Below are positions 57,137 to 64,000 of a DNA stretch of 64,000 nt, one piece after another. A program made the position numbers and the translations under genes. This DNA comes from Patescibacteria group bacterium UBA6201 (GTDB lineage Bacteria > Patescibacteriota > Minisyncoccia > Phycocordibacterales > UBA918), in NCBI GenBank assembly GCA_002422025.1, contig DISV01000005.1, forward strand, positions 51,617 to 115,616. Direction: 5' to 3'. Each line of letters opens with the position of its first letter. Position 1 is the first letter of the stretch. The notes beneath the pieces are model-generated. The model was not told the DNA's origin and ran no database searches. It saw only the letters and a list, made by a program, of their open reading frames with translations.

Positions 57137-58513
57137 ATGGTTGATCTAAATAAAAGTTTGCGCGTCCCCCCACATAACGTTGAGGCTGAGCGGGCACTCC
57201 TTGGTGCTGTCATACTAAAGCCAGAAACTATCCACGATGTGTCCGCTATCGTTTATCCAGAAAGTTTTTACGCCGACAAACATCGGGAAATCTTTCGTGC
57301 CATTTTTGAAATCTTCGCTAAAGGCGATCCTATCGATTTACTGTCTGTATCAACTCGACTTAAACATAATGGTCAGATAGAGAGAGTTGGTGGGGCTGCA
57401 TACTTAACCGAACTAATCGAAACTGTGCCGGCCGCTGGTAATGCTATCTACTACGCCACTGAGGTCCAGAACAAAGCGAGCTTGCGTGGACTCATTCATG
57501 CTGGCGACGATATTGCAGAACTCGGCTACTCTAACCCAGACAACATAGACGCAACCTTGGACCAAGCAGAAAAGAAAGTTTATGAAGTTACCAACCAGAC
57601 AACACTTCAAAAATTCATCACCATTAGTTCAGCATTGACCGAAGCTTGGGAGCGCTTCGAACACTTGAGTGAAAACCATGATGATATTCGTGGTGTACCG
57701 ACTGGTTTTGCGGGGATAGATAATCTTTTAGCCGGTCTCCAGAAGTCTGACCTTGTCATTTTGGCTGCCCGCCCGTCTATGGGTAAGACTACTTTCGCTC
57801 TAGATCTCGCGCGTAACGCTGCTGTTAAATATAAAAAGTCAGTCGGTATCTTTTCACTCGAAATGAGTTCTCAGCAGCTCGTCGACCGTATGCTCGCCTC
57901 TGAGGCGGGTGTGGACTCTTGGAAGCTTCGTACCGGTAAGCTCAAGAGCGATCAGGAATTCGAAGCGGTGCAGGCGGCAATGACACGCCTCTCTGAAGCG
58001 TCTATTCACATCGACGATCAGCCTGGTACTAATATCTTGAAGATGCGTTCTTCTGCCAGACGTCTTCATCACGAGCATGGTCTCGATTTGCTGATTGTCG
58101 ACTACCTCCAGCTGATGTCTCCTACTAACACCAAGGCTTCAGACTCAATGACACAACAAGTGACCGAAATATCACGTTCCTTGAAGATTCTCGCGCGCGA
58201 ACTCGATGTGCCGGTCCTGGCACTCTCTCAGTTGTCTCGTGCGGTTGAGCAGCGTGGCGGACGGCCGCGACTTTCCGACCTTCGTGACTCCGGTTCTATT
58301 GAGCAAGACGCCGACGTCGTGATGTTTATCCACCGTGAGGATAAACTTAATAAAGAATCTGATCGGCCAAATATCGCTGAGATATTGGTGGAGAAGCACC
58401 GTAACGGTCCGGTGGGAATGGCTGAGCTCTACTTCGACGAGAAGCATGTACGCTTCCTTGATATCGACAAACAACACTCTAATGCCGTGATGGCATCAAC
58501 TGAAGACTTTTAA
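57137..58513 (+). CDS. dnaB: Replicative DNA helicase DnaB
   Basis: 458 aa. N-terminal DnaB domain (PHNVEAERALLGAVIL). RecA-like core with Walker A (ARPSMGKTTFAL). Confidence 0.9.
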   Translation: MVDLNKSLRVPPHNVEAERALLGAVILKPETIHDVSAIVYPESFYADKHREIFRAIFEIFAKGDPIDLLSVSTRLKHNGQIERVGGAAYLTELIETVPAAGNAIYYATEVQNKASLRGLIHAGDDIAELGYSNPDNIDATLDQAEKKVYEVTNQTTLQKFITISSALTEAWERFEHLSENHDDIRGVPTGFAGIDNLLAGLQKSDLVILAARPSMGKTTFALDLARNAAVKYKKSVGIFSLEMSSQQLVDRMLASEAGVDSWKLRTGKLKSDQEFEAVQAAMTRLSEASIHIDDQPGTNILKMRSSARRLHHEHGLDLLIVDYLQLMSPTNTKASDSMTQQVTEISRSLKILARELDVPVLALSQLSRAVEQRGGRPRLSDLRDSGSIEQDADVVMFIHREDKLNKESDRPNIAEILVEKHRNGPVGMAELYFDEKHVRFLDIDKQHSNAVMASTEDF

Positions 58514-58541
58514 TAAACTAGTTTAACTAGTTAAACTTTGT

Positions 58542-59159
58542 ATGAATCCTCTCGATCAACTTATTGCTTATTTTGAAAACTTTCCCGGCATCGGTGCGCG
58601 CCAAGCTCGGCGCTTTGCTTTTCATATTCTCACGATGACTCCGGAGGAGACCAAAGAGTTTTCCACGCTTGTTAGTGGGCTTCAAGATAGTGTCACTGAG
58701 TGCGCTTCCTGTCGCCGCTTTTTTGCAAAAAACGATGGCCATAGTGACATCTGCGAACTCTGTGCTAGTCCTTCTCGTGACAACTCAAAACTATTGGTAG
58801 TCGAGCGTGACACTGATATTCGCTCAATCGAACGCTCCGGTGTTTACAGTGGTCTATACTTTGTACTCGGTGGCACTGTTCCTCTCCTTGAGTCACGGGA
58901 GAATAAAAAACTTCGTGGCGGTGGATTTAAACGTATCATTGAAGCCAGGCTCGGTGCCGGCTTGAGTGAAGTGATACTAGGCTTTTCTGTCAATCCTGAC
59001 GGTGAAAATACTGGTCGTTTCGTCGAATCTATTATTCGTGAGATTGAAGGATCGGATAAGATAAAGGTTTCTCACTTAGGCCGTGGCCTTTCCACTGGGA
59101 GTGAGCTTGAATACGCTGACCCCGAGACTCTCAAGAATGCCTTGCAAAATCGGTATTAA
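58542..59159 (+). CDS. recR: Recombination protein RecR
   Basis: 205 aa. LIAYFENFPGIGARQARRFAFHIL; C4 zinc finger (CASCRRF...CELC); Toprim. Confidence 0.9.
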   Translation: MNPLDQLIAYFENFPGIGARQARRFAFHILTMTPEETKEFSTLVSGLQDSVTECASCRRFFAKNDGHSDICELCASPSRDNSKLLVVERDTDIRSIERSGVYSGLYFVLGGTVPLLESRENKKLRGGGFKRIIEARLGAGLSEVILGFSVNPDGENTGRFVESIIREIEGSDKIKVSHLGRGLSTGSELEYADPETLKNALQNRY

Positions 59160-59219
59160 TGTGTTATATTTACAAGCAGACAGGGAGACTATCATCATGA
59201 ACTAAGAAAGGAATTTCTT

Positions 59220-59429
59220 TTGATGAAAAAGTCTTACGAACTACCACAAAAACAATATGCCTTTCTCCAGTCGGTGAAATCCCAACTGGGTTGGGTCACT
59301 CACTCCATAGTGTCACAGGCACTGTGTAGCGAAGGTCCGATATTCCGCTCCCTCCTTCGTTTCGAAGGAGAAGAGAAAATCATTCAGGATCTCGCCAATC
59401 AACACAATGTGTCAGTCATTTTCGAATGA
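59220..59429 (+). CDS. Hypothetical small protein
   Basis: 69 aa. It is followed by a hairpin (gccgctgatt...aatcggcggc) and a T-run at ~59432-59475. No family recognised. Confidence 0.35.
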   Translation: MMKKSYELPQKQYAFLQSVKSQLGWVTHSIVSQALCSEGPIFRSLLRFEGEEKIIQDLANQHNVSVIFE

Positions 59430-59574
59430 CTGCACCCCAGGCCGCTGATTCCACAAGAATCGGCGGCTTTTTATTATTTTCACTTAAGCTAAATTGAACT
59501 TAAAGCCAAGTTAAAATAACTTTAAATAAAATAATGGAGAATGATGAACACGCCGTGTCCATCATTGTAGTTAA

Positions 59575-59617
59575 AAAACAAAAACTCCCGTAAGGGAGTT
59601 TTTGTTTAATTTTTTCA
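59575..59617. terminator. Rho-independent terminator downstream of rplU
   Basis: aaaaactcccgtaagggagtttttgtttaatttttt. Confidence 0.8.
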
Positions 59618-59624
59618 GGAAAAA

Positions 59625-59969
59625 CTAGATTTTAGTGATTTCAACGCGTGAATACTTCTGTCGATGTCCAATCTTTCGGTCACGGTTACTCTTAGCTTTG
59701 TAACGGACGATGGTGATCTTCTTACCTTTCTTAAGTCCTAGGTAGGTGGCGGTAACTGAAGCACCGTCGATGTATGGAGTACCGATAGTGGCAGCCTTAC
59801 CATCATCAGAGAGTACAACTTTATCAAAAGTAACTTTGTCGCCTTCAGCGTAGTCGCCCAAAAGCTCGACATCAATGATGTCGCCAGCAGAAACGGCGTA
59901 TTGCTTACCTCCAGTTTCAATAACTGCGAAGTCCGCACCAAGCTCCTTTTTAGTCACTTTCTTAGGCAT
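59625..59969 (-). CDS. rplU: 50S ribosomal protein L21
   Basis: 114 aa. FAVIETGGKQYAVSAGDII...KKGKKITIVRYKAKSNRDRKIGHRQKYSRVEITKI. Confidence 0.85.
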   Translation of the reverse strand: MPKKVTKKELGADFAVIETGGKQYAVSAGDIIDVELLGDYAEGDKVTFDKVVLSDDGKAATIGTPYIDGASVTATYLGLKKGKKITIVRYKAKSNRDRKIGHRQKYSRVEITKI

Positions 59970-59996
59970 AGTGGCGATATCCTACCTCAAAGATGG

Positions 59997-60305
59997 TCAT
60001 TTTGCAATACTAGCCTCACCCTTCAGGCGCCTAGCCATAATTAGCCGAACCAGGCCTATTACTAACCCTATAAATGCGGCCCCTACCCCAATAGGCAAGG
60101 TAAACAAAGCAAACCAACCTGCTACAGACATAAAGTATAGTAATTCCCCTAAATCAGCACCTGCTAGTACACAGGGGTTGGTAAACCCTTCGTGTAATTC
60201 ACAGCCTAAAACATTGGCAACCGTCCCGGCTATCAGTAAAGAAATGATGGGAGATATGGCAAAAAGTATCCCGCCATAAATTAAAAATTTGACTAGCTTT
60301 TTCAT
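59997..60305 (-). CDS. Small 3-TM membrane protein, hypothetical
   Basis: 102 aa. Hydrophobic throughout. Pair of Cys in an extracytoplasmic loop (GCELHEGFTNPC). Confidence 0.4.
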   Translation of the reverse strand: MKKLVKFLIYGGILFAISPIISLLIAGTVANVLGCELHEGFTNPCVLAGADLGELLYFMSVAGWFALFTLPIGVGAAFIGLVIGLVRLIMARRLKGEASIAK

Positions 60306-60329
60306 AGAGTGCTTTTAAGTTTTCTATAT

Positions 60330-61382
60330 TTAGTCGTCTTCTCCCTTGGTTGGTTTGTCGAGCGTCATTACCTCCACTCCACCAACTTCACCCGTAATGC
60401 GGGTAACGTCCTTGTCCATCTTGGCAAGTTCTTTGTAGCCGGCGTTGTAGTGGTTGACTGTAGTGGCGAGTGTATTTCCTAACTTTTGGTAATAGTCTTC
60501 ATATTTACCGATATGAATACCGAGCTTCTCGACATTCTTGATGATGTCCTTAGCTTTTTCCTCAATCTCCAAGGCCTTAAGTCCTTGGAGTACGGTTTGG
60601 AGGTAGGCTAAAAATGAGGTCGGTGAGACGATAATGACTTTGTACTTTCCGGCCGCACGCTGAATCAGGTTCTCTTCCCCACCAGTAATGTGGTTTGAAA
60701 GTAGGTCGTAATAAACACCCTCAGACGGAATAAACATAAAGGCAAAGTCAGTGGTCTTTTCTGTCGGGCGCACATACTTGGCGGTCTCAGTAATACGATT
60801 TTTAAGGTCGTTAATGAAAAGCTTCTCCAGCGCCGCACGTTCAGCTGGATCATGAGCTTCCACCAAACGGTTATAGTTTTCGAGCGAGAACTTAGAATCG
60901 ATAGGTATCACTTTATCTTTTACAAAGACTGCCGCGTCCACTATCTCACCGTTTTCAAATGCATATTGCATTTGAAAACTCCCTGGTGGCAGGACGTTTT
61001 GCAGTACGGTCTCAAGATAATATTCGCCAAGGATGCCACGCTGTTTAGGATTTTTTAGTACATCCTGGAGTTGGCGGAGCTGTTCAGCAAAACCCACCAC
61101 TTGGCGGTTAGTCTCACCAAGCTTGGTGAGGCCTTCAGTGACTTCACGAACGATTTTGTTTGATTCGCCGAGCTGAGTCTTAACCGATTCTTGAATAGCG
61201 CGGTTTCCCTCACCGAGTCGACGGTCCATCGTATCGCGCAAGGTCTCCATCTGCTGTTGGATAAACAAAAGTCCGTCTCGGCCATCGGTTTTGTCTTCGA
61301 CCTTTCTAAAGAAAGTGGCGTAGATTTGGATTAGTAAAACAGCCGCTAAGACCACTACTACAATGATTTGAATCGCTTCCAT
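60330..61382 (-). CDS. rmuC: DNA recombination protein RmuC
   Basis: 350 aa. N-terminal TM, coiled coil, RmuC core (FAFMFIPSEGVYYDLL). Confidence 0.8.
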   Translation of the reverse strand: MEAIQIIVVVVLAAVLLIQIYATFFRKVEDKTDGRDGLLFIQQQMETLRDTMDRRLGEGNRAIQESVKTQLGESNKIVREVTEGLTKLGETNRQVVGFAEQLRQLQDVLKNPKQRGILGEYYLETVLQNVLPPGSFQMQYAFENGEIVDAAVFVKDKVIPIDSKFSLENYNRLVEAHDPAERAALEKLFINDLKNRITETAKYVRPTEKTTDFAFMFIPSEGVYYDLLSNHITGGEENLIQRAAGKYKVIIVSPTSFLAYLQTVLQGLKALEIEEKAKDIIKNVEKLGIHIGKYEDYYQKLGNTLATTVNHYNAGYKELAKMDKDVTRITGEVGGVEVMTLDKPTKGEDD

Positions 61383-61449
61383 AAGGGGTATTTTAACACG
61401 TTCAATTCCCGCTTCTCCCCCGTAGGTTTGGTGTTATAATCAACACATT

Positions 61450-61905
61450 ATGTCATTACATTCCGATATCAAGGGCGAACTTAAGGAGGCGATGAAAGCT
61501 AAGGACGAAGTGCGACTTCGTACTGTCCGCAGTATGATGACGGCTTTTACCAATGAGTTAGTAGCCTCTGGTAAGAAGCCACAAGATGAACTAGATGACG
61601 CCGGTGCGCTCTCTGTGATTAAACGTCTAGCTAAGCAGCGCAAGGAGTCCATTGTGCAATTTGAAGCCGCTGGCCGAAACGAGTTGGCTGAACCAGAGAA
61701 ACTTGAGCTCGTGGTACTTGAAGGCTACCTTCCCCAAATGATGAGCCAGGAAGAAATCGAACCGATAGCTAAAGCGAAGCTCGCAGAAATGGGTATTACT
61801 GATAAGTCTAAAATGGGTGTTGCTATTGGAGTGGTCATGAAAGAATTAGCTGGCAAGGCTGATGGAGGTGATGTGAAGGTGGTGGTGGAGCGTTTGTTGG
61901 CGTAG
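61450..61905 (+). CDS. GatB/YqeY domain-containing protein
   Basis: 151 aa. IKGELKEAMKAKDEVRLRTVRSMM...LELVVLEGYLPQ typical of YqeY. Confidence 0.8.
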   Translation: MSLHSDIKGELKEAMKAKDEVRLRTVRSMMTAFTNELVASGKKPQDELDDAGALSVIKRLAKQRKESIVQFEAAGRNELAEPEKLELVVLEGYLPQMMSQEEIEPIAKAKLAEMGITDKSKMGVAIGVVMKELAGKADGGDVKVVVERLLA

Positions 61906-61916
61906 GTTTTTAAATG

Positions 61917-61957
61917 CAAAATGCCGCGGACACCTTAGTGTCCGCGGCATTTTGAGT
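61917..61957. terminator. Bidirectional rho-independent terminator
   Basis: aaaatgccgcggacaccttagtgtccgcggcatttt. Confidence 0.8.
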
Positions 61958-61963
61958 TGATAC

Positions 61964-62194
61964 TCAATGGTAGGCTTGTTTGCTGTCTCTCACGCCTTCA
62001 GCTTGAGCCAATGCGTCTGCGGCGGTGATTTCACCTTTTTCAAGTCGTCGACGAATTTGGGCAAAGTCTCCTGAAGTTGATGTCTCAGAGTCATTGGCCC
62101 CCATCGCGTGTACCTGAGCTTCTATGGCCGCAAGTGCAGCCATAGCCTCGTTTATGTTGTTACCTTTTGGTTGTTGTATTGTTTCAAAACCCAT
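61964..62194 (-). CDS. Hypothetical small protein
   Basis: 76 aa, Ala-rich helical (MAALAAIEAQVHAMG...). It ends at the shared terminator. No family recognised. Confidence 0.3.
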   Translation of the reverse strand: MGFETIQQPKGNNINEAMAALAAIEAQVHAMGANDSETSTSGDFAQIRRRLEKGEITAADALAQAEGVRDSKQAYH

Positions 62195-62243
62195 ATGAAC
62201 AGTCTAACATAGTGTATTTTATAAATTTGCAAAACTAGGTATT

Positions 62244-62477
62244 TTGTTGTATAAAGAAAGCAGAGAGGAGAAAGCGACGATGGATGATAAACGTCTCGAG
62301 TACCTAATGCGTCAACTGCGCGGAAAAATCCGTGCCGGGTGTTCTGGCACTTATCGCCACTTCGTGACACAGGTGTTAAATGAAGCTGGAGAGTACAATC
62401 TCCGACTTCGTGTACGTTACGCTATGGCTATGCGCAGGATGATTGCCACAGAGATGAATTCGGCGGGAACATACTAG
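62244..62477 (+). CDS. Hypothetical small basic protein
   Basis: 77 aa (possibly starting at MDDKRLEYLM). Arg-rich. Confidence 0.3.
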   Translation: MLYKESREEKATMDDKRLEYLMRQLRGKIRAGCSGTYRHFVTQVLNEAGEYNLRLRVRYAMAMRRMIATEMNSAGTY

Positions 62478-62515
62478 TTCCCGCCTTTCCATTCTTTAGC
62501 AAGAAAGGAGCAGCT

Positions 62516-63064
62516 ATGTCGTTCATTGATATGGTCTCATATCGTCGGGCTTGCAAGGGCGCTGAAGAAGGTGTCGATTATGTGACACTAATGGAAGCAA
62601 TCTTTCGGATCTATGAAATGTGGCTCAAAGATAAAGACGAAAGGAAAAAGATTGACTTCCATTCGTACTTTGGCCTAACTACACTTGAACTTGGTATTGA
62701 AGATTTGTTCGAAGCCAAGAAGTACCGGAAAGCTTTTGCTGCGTACTTTCAGCCACGCGCCTTAATGAAACAGGCTGCGCTTCGCGAATTTAAACAAAGA
62801 ATTCCTGTCAAAGTACCGGAGAACAATGTTGAGTTCGCGAACTCGATGCGGGTCCGGATACGAATCAATGAAGCTGTGTCGCTTGAGTTTGAGGCGACTA
62901 GATATCATGGTCCGCTTAGTTGGCGGCACGTAGACGAGTGCTTCAAGGTGATTCGCTTCGGTGAAGGAATTATCTCTGATGAAGATCGTCATCATGCACG
63001 CAAGCAGGCGCTCCAGGTATTAAATAGTGTCCGGGAGCGAACGAACAAAAAGAGTACAAAGTAA
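62516..63064 (+). CDS. Hypothetical protein
   Basis: 182 aa, soluble. No motif recognised. Confidence 0.4.
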   Translation: MSFIDMVSYRRACKGAEEGVDYVTLMEAIFRIYEMWLKDKDERKKIDFHSYFGLTTLELGIEDLFEAKKYRKAFAAYFQPRALMKQAALREFKQRIPVKVPENNVEFANSMRVRIRINEAVSLEFEATRYHGPLSWRHVDECFKVIRFGEGIISDEDRHHARKQALQVLNSVRERTNKKSTK

Positions 63065-63251
63065 AAACGTCCGTCCATTCCTCGGGCTCACGCCCGGGGC
63101 ATTGGCGGACAGAACCGGGCGTTTTTTCTAGAATAGGAACATCCTCCGGATGTACAGCGGTAGCGAAGTACTGGCTGTTGCTAGTTCCGCTATCGTCGGC
63201 GATTCATCCCCGAGCTTATGCTCGGGGCATTCTCGCCGTGCGCTAGTAAAA

Positions 63252-63282
63252 GCGGGAAATGTATTTTGTTCCCGCTTTTTGT
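63252..63282. terminator. Hairpin terminator at the truB 3' end (bidirectional)
   Basis: gcgggaa-atgtattttg-ttcccgc followed by TTTTT. An A-run on the other side serves the minus strand. Confidence 0.65.
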
Positions 63283-63286
63283 ATAT

Positions 63287-63988
63287 CTAAACTGCTTCTG
63301 CGTCTTCGATTTTATAATCTCCTATTTTGGTGCGACGAAGAGATTCTAGTCTGGCTGGATATCCAAAATGACGTCCTAGTTCTTCTCCTAATGAGCGGAT
63401 GTATGTGCCACTGCCCACATGGAAACGTACTTTAATTAATACAGTTTTAGTTTTGTTATCATATATAATATCGAGAAGTTCGGCTTCATAGACCTTCATT
63501 TCACGGATGGGAAGTTCAGCCTCACTTATCATTTTCCCCACCCGCGCTGCTGCGCGGGCCTTTTTATAAAACGGCACACCATTTTGCTTGATAGCTGAAT
63601 AGGCGGAGACTGGGAGAGTTAGGGTGCCGACCATTGAAGCCAAGGCCGCAGAAACTATATCTCTAGAAAAAGTTTCCGCCGCTTCCTTGTCTGTAACTTC
63701 CCTCTCTTCTAATACCCTGCCATCCTTGTCCCCACTTTCTGTCTTCTGACCGATTAATATTTCAGTTATATATTCCTTGTCGAGTTTCGTGAGTTCAGTG
63801 AGACTTTTTGTACCTTCAGCGATTCCAATAATCATTAACCCAGACGCCAAAGGATCCAGGGTCCCAGCATGACCCATTTTTTTAATATTTAACTTTCGGC
63901 GTAATCGGCGAATAACATCAAAAGACGATATTCCAACTGGTTTATCGACTAATAGTATGTGTGGGGATGTGGGTATGTTCATCATCAC
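63287..63988 (-). CDS. truB: tRNA pseudouridine(55) synthase
   Basis: 233 aa. LLVDKPVGISSFDVIRRLRRKLNIKKMGHAGTLDPLASGLMIIGI (catalytic Asp in GTLDP). Confidence 0.85.
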   Translation of the reverse strand: MMMNIPTSPHILLVDKPVGISSFDVIRRLRRKLNIKKMGHAGTLDPLASGLMIIGIAEGTKSLTELTKLDKEYITEILIGQKTESGDKDGRVLEEREVTDKEAAETFSRDIVSAALASMVGTLTLPVSAYSAIKQNGVPFYKKARAAARVGKMISEAELPIREMKVYEAELLDIIYDNKTKTVLIKVRFHVGSGTYIRSLGEELGRHFGYPARLESLRRTKIGDYKIEDAEAV

Positions 63989-64000
63989 GGTACACGATAA

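Overview
This is a 64-kb chromosomal window from a low-to-moderate GC bacterium. The compact housekeeping content and the many small membrane proteins resemble small-genome Patescibacteria/CPR-like lineages, though that placement is an inference. Housekeeping genes include secA, obg, gatB, scpB, murB, mraY-ftsW-murG, gltX, murI, cysS, dnaB, recR, rmuC, truB and ribosomal proteins L27, L9 and L21.

There are three notable blocks.

(1) Surface-glycan locus at 0.5-14 kb. It holds a complete CDP-3,6-dideoxyhexose entry pathway (rfbF/ddhA, rfbG/ddhB, rfbH/ddhC), a split transketolase and an SDR reductase. It also holds a GDP-fucose pair (gmd, fcl), an FkbM methyltransferase, a GT1/GT4 glycosyltransferase, a Wzx flippase and an O-antigen-ligase-like protein.

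(2) A 9.36-kb gene at 23.4-32.7 kb encoding a 3120-aa membrane-anchored fibre. Its cytoplasmic N-terminus carries an excisionase-type HTH followed by a TM helix. The ectodomain is a nested array of repeats: about ten copies of a ~40-aa 'AGYTIPLTASTTEW..GWGDHS' motif, three ~270-aa tandem units and a 16-aa tail-fibre-like repeat block. It ends in a phage tail-spike-type S74 intramolecular chaperone domain and a Pro/Thr/Glu-rich tail. The small upstream protein carries a paralogous HTH plus TM module.

(3) Several structured non-coding regions. These include a 44-bp perfect palindrome resembling the XerC half of dif upstream of a Xer-type recombinase, a 128-bp tandem duplication that copies the scpB 3' end, and a cluster of four perfect hairpins after gltX.

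No rRNA, tRNA or CRISPR array was recognisable by eye. My manual coordinates may be off by 1-2 nt; CDS coordinates taken from the ORF track are exact.
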